This document shows, in pieces, positions 10,625 to 20,695 of a DNA stretch of 64,000 nucleotides. A model generated the notes under the pieces. The model had not been told where the DNA came from, did no database searches, and worked only from the letters and a program-made list of their open reading frames with translations. A program made the position numbers and the translations under genes. How positions within the stretch are numbered: position 1 is the first letter of the stretch; every line of letters begins with the position of its first letter. Source of the DNA: Candidatus Staskawiczbacteria bacterium (GTDB lineage Bacteria; Patescibacteriota; Minisyncoccia; Minisyncoccales; Staskawiczbacteraceae); contig JAHFKW010000001.1 of assembly GCA_023245145.1 (NCBI GenBank), forward strand, positions 9,823 to 73,822. Direction: 5' to 3'.

Positions 10625-12082
10625 TTATAGAAAATAAGAAATAATGTTATACTTTTTAGCCAATAAATAACCTGCACAGAGCGGCGTAATGTATGTTAGT
10701 ACTCCGATTAAAACTAAATAATAAATAGGTAAACTTCGAGTAAAGGACAGATTGATTACCGCATACATTATCAAGCTAGAAGTCCCCGCCAAAAACGCAC
10801 TTTTTAAAAAATTTATATTGTAAAGAGAAATGGAAGTCATATATGCCGCAATGACAATAGTTAACAAAAGAATGATTAAAAAAGAGATGGCGGTGGACAT
10901 AATCACTCCGTAAAAACCATATCTTCCGATAAAAAGAATGCTTAGTATGATATTTACAAAAACTCCCACAATAATAAGGGTGAAATTCTTTTTTTGCTGA
11001 TCAAAAACAACTAGAATTACACTGAAGGGGTAAATAATAAAACTAATACCAATCACCATCATTAAAAGCTGGAAAGCAAAAGCCGATGGGGCAAAATCAG
11101 ATCCGTAAAAGAAGTATATAACTTTTGAAGCTAACGCAATGCCTCCCGTAACCAGCGGAATGGTTAAAAAAATCATCATTTCCATTAAATAATCCCAGCT
11201 TCTTTGGAGCTTTTCCCTTGAAGTAATAAAAAAATCACTAAGAACGGGGTAAAAACTTCTAACAATAATATCGGCAGGAATAGCGGCGACCAGTGCAATT
11301 TTAGAAGCAGCACTATACCAACCATTTTGCGCGATTAAGCCGAAATAACCCAGTATTACAGAATTGATGAATATGAAAATCCAACTGTTAATAAAGCCAA
11401 AGGTAAGCGGCCAAGATAACTTTAGCACACCAAGCATTTTTCTATCAAAACTCAGCTTTATTGGATGAAAGTAGGCATAAAAAACGGATACCAAAAGACA
11501 CAAAGAGATGGTATTGGAAATTAAATAACCATAACTTAAATTAATAACTGATGGAATATAAAAAATAACAAAAAAAGCCAGCACCGTCATGATACCCGAC
11601 TGAATCATTTTAAAGATTGCTTCATATTCCATTTTTTGGCGACTACGCAAGAAAGCGTAAAAAATCCCAAAAAAGTTGGTGATTAATATAAAAACCCCCA
11701 ACACCCAAATCATACTGCGGATCACCGCATCGTTAGTAATAAAAAAAGACCCAATAACCATTAGTAATAGAGAAGCAAAACTCAACATTCCATGGAGCGT
11801 AACAACAATTGAAAAGTCCCTTTCCTTGGACCTGTCGCGAGAGAATTCTCGGGTTATGACATCAACTAATCCAAGATCGGCAAAAATGACCATGACCGAT
11901 ACGAATGAAAGAGCAAAAGTAAATTTACCGTATTCTAAGGCACCGAAAGTCCTAGCCACGAAAATAATTAAAATCAATCCCAGCAGCCTAGATACAGCCT
12001 CTGCCAAAACCAACCAAAAAGTGTTTTTAAAAATGGTTTGCCGGGTATTCGTGTTTCTTAAAAAAAAACTTTTTGTGCTCAT
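10625..12082 (-). CDS. wzx: Polysaccharide flippase (Wzx / MOP superfamily), second copy
   Basis: About 485 aa polytopic membrane protein of PST family type. Start set at the internal Met (MSTKSFF); the track ORF extends to 12157 using an upstream alternative start. Confidence 0.65.
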   Translation of the reverse strand: MSTKSFFLRNTNTRQTIFKNTFWLVLAEAVSRLLGLILIIFVARTFGALEYGKFTFALSFVSVMVIFADLGLVDVITREFSRDRSKERDFSIVVTLHGMLSFASLLLMVIGSFFITNDAVIRSMIWVLGVFILITNFFGIFYAFLRSRQKMEYEAIFKMIQSGIMTVLAFFVIFYIPSVINLSYGYLISNTISLCLLVSVFYAYFHPIKLSFDRKMLGVLKLSWPLTFGFINSWIFIFINSVILGYFGLIAQNGWYSAASKIALVAAIPADIIVRSFYPVLSDFFITSREKLQRSWDYLMEMMIFLTIPLVTGGIALASKVIYFFYGSDFAPSAFAFQLLMMVIGISFIIYPFSVILVVFDQQKKNFTLIIVGVFVNIILSILFIGRYGFYGVIMSTAISFLIILLLTIVIAAYMTSISLYNINFLKSAFLAGTSSLIMYAVINLSFTRSLPIYYLVLIGVLTYITPLCAGYLLAKKYNIISYFL

Positions 12083-12095
12083 TAAATCTATAGAC

Positions 12096-12530
12096 TTATT
12101 TTTTAAATGTATTGTCCAGTAACCACGACGAGCTCTGCACCTTCCCGCCACCCACATTATTAATGACTGTTATATTAAAATCTTTGCACACATTCTTTTC
12201 TGATTCTGGAAGGTTATCAAAATTTCGATCCCCGCCTTTGGCAAAAATGAGCTGGCCCTTATACTGCTTGGCAATAGATTTTAAGCTTTCGGGAACATAG
12301 CCGTCCTTATCAGTAGCCAAAAAAACCGCGTCCACATGTTTAATGTCTTTAACAATGGCTAGTCGCTCTTTTTCGGGCATAAACGGCACGCTACCCTTCA
12401 CCTTAACTTGTGCGTCATTATTAACAATTACTACCAAAAAATCGCCCAATTTCTTAGCTTCGCGCATTAAATTCATATGCCCCACGTGAAGTGGATTAAA
12501 AAATCCGGAGGTAATAACTATCTTTTTCAT
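12096..12530 (-). CDS. Cytidylyltransferase-like nucleotidyltransferase (TagD/RfaE domain II-like)
   Basis: HxGH motif in ITSGFFNPLHVGHMNL. The protein is about 140 aa. Confidence 0.7.
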   Translation of the reverse strand: MKKIVITSGFFNPLHVGHMNLMREAKKLGDFLVVIVNNDAQVKVKGSVPFMPEKERLAIVKDIKHVDAVFLATDKDGYVPESLKSIAKQYKGQLIFAKGGDRNFDNLPESEKNVCKDFNITVINNVGGGKVQSSSWLLDNTFKK

Positions 12531-12566
12531 TGCTTTTTATGTTGTTTACTTATATCATAAACTAAC

Positions 12567-14759
12567 ATGAAAAACAACCTGATTTCAAAGATCATTTCTT
12601 GGATATATTTGGCAGGCTTTGTCATTATTTTGACCCTACCAGCACTTAATCTTCCCCCTTACTTTTTCCCGCCCGATTTTGCCAAAACCATTATTTTCAG
12701 ATCTATTTTAGCAGTATTGCTAACACTATTTATTTATCAACTTTTATACCAACAACCGTCACCGAACCTGCACTCCATCAAGAAAAATCCGCTTACTTGG
12801 GCATTGGCAGCCGTTTTCATTACTTTTTTACTATCAACTATTTTTGCTGTTGACCCCTACTTAAGTCTTTGGGGTAACCCCATCCGCGGTGGTGGCTTTA
12901 TCACATTTGCCAGTTATATTATCTTTGGCGTATTGGCTTTTTTGTTACTTACAAAAGATGACTGGGAAAGGATTTGGAATCTTTCTATTGGCGTTGGCGG
13001 ACTAGTCTCTCTCATTGCCATTATGCAATACTTCCATATTTTTAGGTCCATTTTCTTACCGGTGGAAGGTCGACCTGCTTCAACTATGGGCAACCCCATT
13101 TTGCTGGCCATTTATCTTTTGCTATTATGCTTTATCACTCTTTCCAAAGGAATTGAAGAAAAAGAGCGGTGGAAAAAAAACTATTATTTTGGTGCTTTAG
13201 CGCTCTTTTCGGTCGCTATATTTATTACTGAATCTCGGGCCGCCTATCTTGGCATCTTGGTTGGATTGATATACTTTTTAATTTGGTATCCATCCCAAAA
13301 ATTACACCTAGCCAAAATAGTTTCATTCGGACTAATAATCCTAGCCCTTGCTTCAGTAATATGCATGGCACTTTTTACCTCTCTTCTACCAAGGTTCTCC
13401 ATTAAAAACCTTACAACCGATTCTCGCTTTGACGCTTTCCCGATTGAATTTTCCATGGTAAAAGCACACCCACTCACAGGATATGGCATGGAAAACTTTT
13501 CGGTTGGATTTGATAAGTACTATAATCCCACCAATTCTTCGCTTATCGGCATCATCGCTTGGTGGGACCGGGCGCACAACATAGTTTTCCAAATACTTTC
13601 TGACGCAGGCGTCTTGGGACTTTTGGCATATATTTTCTTATTTGGTACACTTTTTTGGCAACTTTACAAAATGAAAAATCCGACTTCTCACGCTATTATT
13701 GCCAGCTTTATTGCTTACATTATTGCCAATCTTTTCAGCTTCGATGCATTTGGCAGTTATCTTATATTATTTTTATTAATCGGCTACTCACTTCACTTAG
13801 CCGCTCCGGACAAAAGCATTGCAAGGTCCGACCTTACGATATCTCATGGTGGTACGGGAAAATTAATAATCATGATACTACTATCAGGTGGCATCATCTT
13901 TTTTTGCTGGCAATATAACGTAAGACCTTTTTTCATCAACGCTCAAATTAATAAAAATGCCATTTTGGTTGCCAACAAATATTGCGGCGAAGTATTGTAT
14001 GATATGGACAATCTTTTAAAAAAACAGAGTTTTTTGGATGCCTATGCAAGACTTAAATATGTTGAGTTTACAAAAGTTTGCAACGAGTTTTTCCCCGAAA
14101 ATAACACCGCCTATCTTATTAAAGATTTACAGGTTATTGGTGAGGCAACAAAAATTCAGCCCCTATATGTTCGCTATTGGATCGGCATGGCCACATTTGG
14201 AAATGATTTGGCTAAGAAAGAAAAGGATGTAAAAATAAAAAATGATCTGCTTGAAAATGTAAATAAACATCTTGACGAAGCCTTAAAACTGGCCCCAAAA
14301 CACCCGGAAATTCTCATACAGCAGGCAAGAAATCAGATGATGGCAGGCAACTACCAAGTCATGAAAGATTATTCTGAAAAGTGTATTGCCTTCAATCAAG
14401 ACCTTGGTGACTGTTATTTTTATTTATCCATTGCAAAAATATACTTAAAAGATACGGATGGAGCAAAAGAGGATTTTATCCTGGCAAATAAAAAAACAGC
14501 TATCACTCACAGCGAAGAAGGGCTTAACACACTGGCCGATGCTTATGCATCCATTCCAGACTATCAAAACCTATCTATCATTTTTAGAGAACTAGTTTCT
14601 ATCAAGCCAAACAGCGCCCAATACCATTCATCGCTGGCATTCTTTTACAGTAAGTTGGAAAAGTATAAAGAAGCAAGACAAGAAGCACTTGAAGTTCTAA
14701 AACTCTCCCCGGAATCCAAACCCAACGTGGACGCGTTTTTAAAGACGCTCCCCAATTAA
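12567..14759 (+). CDS. O-antigen ligase-like (Wzy_C) membrane protein with C-terminal TPR repeats
   Basis: About 10 TM segments with an O-antigen-ligase style periplasmic loop, then a soluble TPR-like C-terminal half. Confidence 0.6.
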   Translation: MKNNLISKIISWIYLAGFVIILTLPALNLPPYFFPPDFAKTIIFRSILAVLLTLFIYQLLYQQPSPNLHSIKKNPLTWALAAVFITFLLSTIFAVDPYLSLWGNPIRGGGFITFASYIIFGVLAFLLLTKDDWERIWNLSIGVGGLVSLIAIMQYFHIFRSIFLPVEGRPASTMGNPILLAIYLLLLCFITLSKGIEEKERWKKNYYFGALALFSVAIFITESRAAYLGILVGLIYFLIWYPSQKLHLAKIVSFGLIILALASVICMALFTSLLPRFSIKNLTTDSRFDAFPIEFSMVKAHPLTGYGMENFSVGFDKYYNPTNSSLIGIIAWWDRAHNIVFQILSDAGVLGLLAYIFLFGTLFWQLYKMKNPTSHAIIASFIAYIIANLFSFDAFGSYLILFLLIGYSLHLAAPDKSIARSDLTISHGGTGKLIIMILLSGGIIFFCWQYNVRPFFINAQINKNAILVANKYCGEVLYDMDNLLKKQSFLDAYARLKYVEFTKVCNEFFPENNTAYLIKDLQVIGEATKIQPLYVRYWIGMATFGNDLAKKEKDVKIKNDLLENVNKHLDEALKLAPKHPEILIQQARNQMMAGNYQVMKDYSEKCIAFNQDLGDCYFYLSIAKIYLKDTDGAKEDFILANKKTAITHSEEGLNTLADAYASIPDYQNLSIIFRELVSIKPNSAQYHSSLAFFYSKLEKYKEARQEALEVLKLSPESKPNVDAFLKTLPN

Positions 14760-14760
14760 C

Positions 14761-15816
14761 CTATTTGTAATTACCGTAGTTTTGATACACTAAAGAAGAA
14801 ATGTTTTTAATGACTTTTTTCAGTTCATCAAGATTGTTACCCTTGGTCATCACGCACAAAAAGTAGGGGTTAACCGGATAATAGACAATTCCGCAATCAT
14901 GCAGTTCCACATCTTGGACACTATCATTAGAGCCTGCCAGGTATTCTCCAAATTTGTGGGACACCACCAAATTGGTTGGCAAGCCAGCCACGATACCGTC
15001 ATCAAATGTGGTCCTAGAAAGAATACCCAGTGCCTTTTCCGATAACTCTCGGTCAAGATAAGTGGCTGAATAAATAATCCTGAAAAAGAGCGAATAGGTG
15101 CGTGGAGAAATAGAAAAACCAGACTGGGCGCCATCAGGATTTTCAATATTGAGGGCACTGTAAACAGTATCCAATTCTTTTTTATCAATAGAATTTGACA
15201 ATAATATTTGAGCACCATTGTCAGATTTAGTAATAACTTTTTCAATTAAACTTTCTACAGTGTATCTGGTATTAATGTGTAATTCTGAAAGAGCATAGAA
15301 TGAACCTGTTTTAAGAAGGGCATCCATTTCTTTGGTGTACGTCAATTTTTTGCTTAACGTGCTGGGCTTCATCTCGGCTTTTTTAAAGTAGGCAATCATA
15401 GTAACCACCTTGAGCATACTGGCGGGATTGTATTTTTGCTTTTCGTTAACACCTATCCATCGCCCCCGATTCATATCATAAAAGAACACAGAGGCATCGG
15501 CTAGTCCTCCGATCTTTTTCTCTGAGGCAATAACATCAGTAATAGTGCTTTTTAGGGCAACCAAGGTTTTCTCCTGCTGGGCGCTCGGAATAATATACGC
15601 CAATAAAGGAGAAATAAATTTATAGGAGGAAGAATGATCTCTTATGGGATGGATCGCATTTAAAGCTTTATCTAACGCTTTTTGTTCAATCGAAAAACCC
15701 CAATAGTAGCCACCGGCAATTCCTAAGATCAGAAATACAAAACACAGAATGATAATTTTAACTCTTTTAAACATTAATAAATAGTATATTTTTTGCCAAA
15801 AGTTTGCAACAACCAA
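14761..15816 (-). CDS. Class A beta-lactamase-like / PBP-like serine hydrolase, membrane anchored
   Basis: SxxK (SMLK), SDN (KSDNGA) and a KxG variant. N-terminal TM. The likely start is the internal Met near 15774. Confidence 0.5.
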   Translation of the reverse strand: MVVANFWQKIYYLLMFKRVKIIILCFVFLILGIAGGYYWGFSIEQKALDKALNAIHPIRDHSSSYKFISPLLAYIIPSAQQEKTLVALKSTITDVIASEKKIGGLADASVFFYDMNRGRWIGVNEKQKYNPASMLKVVTMIAYFKKAEMKPSTLSKKLTYTKEMDALLKTGSFYALSELHINTRYTVESLIEKVITKSDNGAQILLSNSIDKKELDTVYSALNIENPDGAQSGFSISPRTYSLFFRIIYSATYLDRELSEKALGILSRTTFDDGIVAGLPTNLVVSHKFGEYLAGSNDSVQDVELHDCGIVYYPVNPYFLCVMTKGNNLDELKKVIKNISSLVYQNYGNYK

Positions 15817-15846
15817 AAACCGCCCGAAGGCGGTTTTTGGTTTCCT
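15817..15846 (-). terminator. Rho-independent terminator after giant surface-protein gene
   Basis: Reverse-strand hairpin AAAAACCGCC-TTCG-GGCGGTTTTT followed by a T-run. Confidence 0.65.
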
Positions 15847-15870
15847 AACGCAGACTAGACTCGATTCACC

Positions 15871-18800
15871 TTATTGATGAATGGTGTAGCTGTTGGTTGG
15901 GAAGTTGTAGATGCTTGCACCTGTCTGGTTAGTTCCAGCAGTAGTGGTAGCAACTGATCCATCTGCGTTAAATACAGCAGATGCGGTGTCGTCCCAGTTA
16001 AAGCCTGCGGCCACTAAGGCGCTTGAAATCGTTGCGACTCCAGTGCCAGTATTAGCAGCACTCACTGTAGCATATAAGCTGAATGTCTTAGATGTTCCAG
16101 CGGCGATTTGATAACCATCGTAGTCAGTGTTGATTTCAACATCTGCCACGCCTGTGGTGGTAGTAAAGGTATTACCTGAGGTACCAAATTCACAGAAGAT
16201 GGTTTGAGAAGCTGCGGCTGCAGTTCCCTGTCCGCAACCTGAACCAGTAACAGTTGTATTACCATCGGCAATACGAGCTCCGGTAAAGGTAGGAACAGTT
16301 GAGAAGTTGCTAGATGCAACGGTAAACTTCAAGTCGTTTAACTTAATGTTTCCTTTAGCATCAGCAGTTACTGTAACTTCTCCGATCTTATTTTCTGCAC
16401 CCATGTTAAGTCCAGAGTTTGAGCTGTTGGTTACAACAACCGTAGGCTTTGAACCAACCAAGGTCATAGAAGGAGCAGCTACACCGCCCACTGAAAGGGT
16501 TGTGTCGCAAGAAGCCCCAATAGTTGCAGTACATACTACAGCAGTTCCAATAGTAGCAGTGGTTCCACCTGATGTGTATTTAGCATAGGTCAGAGCCACA
16601 ACTGAAGTACTAGCTGAAGCAACTCCATTAGTACCAATTGAAGAATATGATACCAATACTGGCTGAGTCAATCCTCCGCCACCATTAGGCACCGTCAGAT
16701 TAAGACCAGTTAAGTATGCATTGTTAGAAACTGGAGCGGCGCACACAGATCCCACACAAACGTTGGTAACGGTTTGTGAGTTAACTGCGTCTGAACCAGT
16801 CACCGTGAACTTCAATTCAGTAATAGTTGAAACTCCACTAGTTGAAACGAAGCTAAAGGTTGCCTGAGTGGCACCAGTTGCTCCACCAGCTGCAGCAATA
16901 AACTGAGCAGGAGTGGTTGAAGCAGTAACAACAGTAGGAGAGGCAATCGTACCGGTTCCCAAAGTTAGCGTCTGACCAGTTGTTGCACCACTAGTAGTTG
17001 AAATATTATCAACCATACCAGTGTATGAAACGTTCAAAGTAGTAACGATGGTTCCACTTGTAGCAGATCCAGTGTTAACAAAAATATCAATTACCTTTGA
17101 AGATCCTGGAGCCAAAGTGTCATTAACCGAGAATACATCAGTTGAAGTGGTTCCGGATGAAGTTCCTGATAATTGCACAGGAGTTGATCCAGCGCCAGTG
17201 GTGTTTGAAGTCTTCAATGCAGAGAAGTTGCTAACCGTTGTTGTAGTAATGGTTGAAGCAATGCTCAATGAAGTTAACCTCAATGACTGTGAAGTGCTTT
17301 GATTTTGTACAGTGTATGAACCAATTTTCACGCCAGTTGTATTAGGAGTGATGTTTTGATTTTGGTACGCTGTGCTCTTGGCCACTACTAAGCCAGAGGT
17401 TGAAATTGTCAAACCATTGGTAGCAACCGCAGCGGTTGGGACAGCCAATGATGCTTGAGAATTCATACCTTGTCCGTAGTTAACAGAGTCAGCAGGCAAA
17501 CCTACTTTCACGGTTCCGCCAGTGTAAGCCACTGAAGCAGTTGTCTGTAGGTCGGCTCTAACTTCAATCCAGCTATCAACTCCAGCTGGCACAATTACTT
17601 GTGAACCAAGCGTGTAGGTAATAGCAGTACCTGAAGTTACTGTTCCCATGGTGTAGGTTCCAGATGAATAGGTCACCTGAGTACCAACTTGTGAACCATT
17701 AAAGTACAATGTTACATTATTCAATCCGCAAGTTCCTGTAGCAACTCCAGTAGTAGCATGTGTTGTACATGTAGCTCCGGTTGAGGTTGCTGAAAGAATA
17801 GAAGGAATAACTTTCAAAGTATTAATTTTCACATCTTCACCATAAGCATGCAATTTGAATTTACCAATAACGGTGTTAGCTCCACCTCCAGAAACAGTTG
17901 TCATGGCGGTGAAGGTTGGGTCAACCACTACGGTTACCGAACCGGTAAGAATAGTGATAGTACCTGCGTTGTTGGCGCTAAATGATCCGGCTGATGTGCT
18001 GCTGACTGCAACATTAACACCAACTTGTGGATCAAGAATCATCAAATCAGCAGCTTGCTGAACAGAGATTTGCACTGTCCTGTTAGTGCCTTTTTGAATG
18101 TCAGCTCTAACGTCAACAGTGTGTGAACCAGTTGCCAAGCTGATAGGAGCACCCATCAAATCAAACGTAATGTAGTTTGATCCGTTGATCATGCTTACCA
18201 TACCAGTTTTGCCAGTATCTACGCCATCAACGAACAATTTAATGTTTGAGAGGGCGTCAGATGGAGCAGAACCAATCATGCGGAAATTAGCCACTTTCAG
18301 CCAGACGGTTCGGGTATTAACCTGAACTGGAGCAGACCAGAAAGTATAAGCAGTTGTTCCGGCATTAACACTAGCAGTTGGAACAGCGGTGCTAGCTGCG
18401 GCAGTAATAGTTACTGATGCAAGTGAAGAACCGTTAGCCAAAAACATAGTGTTACCACCAATGCTAGATGTCATAGCAGAACCTCCTGATACAGTAAAGC
18501 TGGTTAGCCATACTGCAATAGTTTGTCCGGCTTTAGTGGTGTCGGTTGAAACATCACCTCTTACGGAAAGGGTTTTTGAACCATTTACCATAAGACCAAT
18601 GTTATTGATGGTGATTTCACCACTGTTGTTGAAAGAATATCCATCGGTAATTCTAACAGCGCCATCATAAAGATAGATGCTAGATAAAGTGTTTTGATCT
18701 GAAATTCCCGACCTCTTCAGTGTTACTGAGTTTAAGGTGCCGTTTCCAGTTAAGGTAACGTGCAATAAATCAGCAGTAGCCTGTCCAGTCACGATAGATC

Positions 18801-19335
18801 CTGACATAGGATTATCAGTTGAAAGCATAGCACTTAATGGGCCATTGCTTACTGGGGGATTAGTTGGGTTTGTTGGGTTTGTTGAAGGAAGTGTTACCAC
18901 TGATCCACCAGCTAACCAAGCATTCAACTTTGCTCTTGTCATAGGACCAACCTGGCTTGCAGGTGTAATCCCATTTGCTGCCTGATACGCTTGTACGGCT
19001 GCTAAGGTTTTTGGACCAAAGTAACCAGACATTGGAGAAACATTCAAAATCGCTTGTACACATTTTACCTGTGCATTATTCATACCAGGCTTCAAGTTCA
19101 TATTGAGTGTAACGCCAACGCAAGCTGCAGGTACAGAGCTAGATCCTTGCAAAGTGCCCAATTGAGCCGTTAATGCATTGATTTGAGCTTGTAAATCTGC
19201 GGCAGTGATAGCGCCAACAGCGGCAGGAGCAACTAAGGCAACCATAGTCAAAGCGACTGTAGTTGAAATAATTGTTTTTCTTATATTCATTTTTTTTTGT
19301 GTTTTTTGTATTAATTTTTTATTTTTATTTACCAT
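15871..19335 (-). CDS. Giant secreted Thr/Gly/Ala/Ser-rich surface protein with N-terminal peptidoglycan-binding (PG_binding_1) domain
   Basis: Signal peptide/TM at the N-terminus. A PGMNNAQVKCVQAIL...GYFGPKTLAAVQAYQAANGI PG-binding-like domain. About 1000 aa of low-complexity T/S/G/A/V-rich beta-rich sequence. Confidence 0.7.
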   Translation of the reverse strand: MVNKNKKLIQKTQKKMNIRKTIISTTVALTMVALVAPAAVGAITAADLQAQINALTAQLGTLQGSSSVPAACVGVTLNMNLKPGMNNAQVKCVQAILNVSPMSGYFGPKTLAAVQAYQAANGITPASQVGPMTRAKLNAWLAGGSVVTLPSTNPTNPTNPPVSNGPLSAMLSTDNPMSGSIVTGQATADLLHVTLTGNGTLNSVTLKRSGISDQNTLSSIYLYDGAVRITDGYSFNNSGEITINNIGLMVNGSKTLSVRGDVSTDTTKAGQTIAVWLTSFTVSGGSAMTSSIGGNTMFLANGSSLASVTITAAASTAVPTASVNAGTTAYTFWSAPVQVNTRTVWLKVANFRMIGSAPSDALSNIKLFVDGVDTGKTGMVSMINGSNYITFDLMGAPISLATGSHTVDVRADIQKGTNRTVQISVQQAADLMILDPQVGVNVAVSSTSAGSFSANNAGTITILTGSVTVVVDPTFTAMTTVSGGGANTVIGKFKLHAYGEDVKINTLKVIPSILSATSTGATCTTHATTGVATGTCGLNNVTLYFNGSQVGTQVTYSSGTYTMGTVTSGTAITYTLGSQVIVPAGVDSWIEVRADLQTTASVAYTGGTVKVGLPADSVNYGQGMNSQASLAVPTAAVATNGLTISTSGLVVAKSTAYQNQNITPNTTGVKIGSYTVQNQSTSQSLRLTSLSIASTITTTTVSNFSALKTSNTTGAGSTPVQLSGTSSGTTSTDVFSVNDTLAPGSSKVIDIFVNTGSATSGTIVTTLNVSYTGMVDNISTTSGATTGQTLTLGTGTIASPTVVTASTTPAQFIAAAGGATGATQATFSFVSTSGVSTITELKFTVTGSDAVNSQTVTNVCVGSVCAAPVSNNAYLTGLNLTVPNGGGGLTQPVLVSYSSIGTNGVASASTSVVALTYAKYTSGGTTATIGTAVVCTATIGASCDTTLSVGGVAAPSMTLVGSKPTVVVTNSSNSGLNMGAENKIGEVTVTADAKGNIKLNDLKFTVASSNFSTVPTFTGARIADGNTTVTGSGCGQGTAAAASQTIFCEFGTSGNTFTTTTGVADVEINTDYDGYQIAAGTSKTFSLYATVSAANTGTGVATISSALVAAGFNWDDTASAVFNADGSVATTTAGTNQTGASIYNFPTNSYTIHQ

Positions 19336-19492
19336 CGATCGACCTATTTGTCCTGTTAACCCAGACTCGCAAAGCGAGCTTTAAGTATTACCTTCGCGGT
19401 TTTACGTATTAACAACGAATGTTATATCGTTAAACCTCACCCGCGAACTATTAACTGGACTTTTACGACTTATCAAATATTAAAGGAATAAA

Positions 19493-20113
19493 CTACTCAT
19501 TGATTTTCAGGAATATCTCCAAAGCCATCACATATTCTCCCTTATCAAATAACTTCTGGCCAATCTCAAAAGCAATAATTTGATCCTGCGTCAAGGTGGT
19601 ATTTTTTAAATCTTTAATAATCTGTTCATCAATGATTTTGTATAACGTATCCGAAGTTTGCCTTACATCAGCTCCTCCTTCAATCATGGCCAAAGCTTTA
19701 TCCCCTTTTAATTCCAAGGCCACTTCTTTTGCCATCCTAGGATCTTTAGTAATCGCATCAGTTAATACCTTAACTACATCCTGTAACTCCTTGGCGGAAG
19801 CTGTTTTATTTTGAGAAGTTATTTTGAAAGCCGCTACGCTGTTTTTAATACTCGTTTCTCCCAAAATAGCTGCTGGCTGTAAGGGTTGATTAGTATATTC
19901 AACTAAGCCAAAAGCTCCCACAAACAGTAAGAGTAAAACTGAAAAGGCATACACAAACTTTTTTTGGAAAAATAAACTTGAAAAACTCATCAATTGAGCT
20001 CCCAATATTTGAGTTTTAGTCAAAGCCACCCAATCAGTATTTGGTTTAATTTGTCTTAAGCCTTGGAGTTTAGCAATAAGTTCTTGGTCGGTCATTACAG
20101 TTATGACGCACAT
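19493..20113 (-). CDS. Putative anti-sigma factor (single-pass membrane protein downstream of ECF sigma)
   Basis: Gene order sigma->this protein with a 19-nt gap. Central TM helix (FVYAFSVLLLLFVGAFGLV). No recognisable enzyme domain. Confidence 0.4.
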   Translation of the reverse strand: MCVITVMTDQELIAKLQGLRQIKPNTDWVALTKTQILGAQLMSFSSLFFQKKFVYAFSVLLLLFVGAFGLVEYTNQPLQPAAILGETSIKNSVAAFKITSQNKTASAKELQDVVKVLTDAITKDPRMAKEVALELKGDKALAMIEGGADVRQTSDTLYKIIDEQIIKDLKNTTLTQDQIIAFEIGQKLFDKGEYVMALEIFLKINE

Positions 20114-20131
20114 TACTGATATTTGTTACAA

Positions 20132-20650
20132 TTACGATTCTTGCACCAACTTTTCCTTGAGCGCCGTAAGTCCTCGATGAATCATCACTCGCACGGTTCC
20201 AGCAGGCCTGTCCATAATAAGAGCGATATCCTCGGTTGGCATGTCTTCCAAATAATGTAAGATCAGCACATCCTGATAGTCCTTGCTCAAATCCTGAATG
20301 GCATTTTTTACCATCGCAATATCCGCACTTAAAATCGCTTTTTCAAATAACCCCGGCCGGCTATCAGCCAACTCGGGTAGATCTTCGGGCGAAACCATTT
20401 GTGTCCTACCCTTCTGGCGATAATAATCCACCACCATATTACGGGCAATCTGGTATAAGAAGGCACCTATATTGTCAATCTTCGTCCCTTTTTGATACGT
20501 TTCCCACCCCTTAGTAAACACCCTGGAAGTTATATCCTGGGCTATTGCTTCAACATTGACCTTAACATAGACAAATCGATATATTTTCTCTATGTATTGG
20601 TCGTAAATAAGGCTAAATTGTTGGTTTAGATTATCCATAGATATTAGCAC
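20132..20650 (-). CDS. RNA polymerase sigma-70 family ECF sigma factor
   Basis: Region 2 (LIYDQYIEKIYRFVY...) and region 4 HTH (MPTEDIALIMDRPAGTVRVMIHRGL). The likely start is ATG at 20638. Confidence 0.8.
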   Translation of the reverse strand: MLISMDNLNQQFSLIYDQYIEKIYRFVYVKVNVEAIAQDITSRVFTKGWETYQKGTKIDNIGAFLYQIARNMVVDYYRQKGRTQMVSPEDLPELADSRPGLFEKAILSADIAMVKNAIQDLSKDYQDVLILHYLEDMPTEDIALIMDRPAGTVRVMIHRGLTALKEKLVQES

Positions 20651-20655
20651 ATTGA

Positions 20656-20695
20656 TAGGACATTTTCAAGCTTTATTAGGACATTACGATGTCCT
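20656..20695. promoter_or_regulatory. Repeat array TAGGACAT(T) x2 direct plus one inverted copy (TAGGACATtacgATGTCCTA) just upstream of ECF sigma start
   Basis: Exact 8-9 bp repeats at 20656-64 and 20677-85, with the inverted copy at 20688-95 forming a perfect 8-bp stem with a 4-nt loop. Confidence 0.35.

Noticed and set aside
12567-14759. Possibility that the 730-aa protein is two genes (ligase + TPR)
   Set aside because: A single uninterrupted ORF with no internal stop or SD-preceded Met at the junction. It is kept as a fusion.
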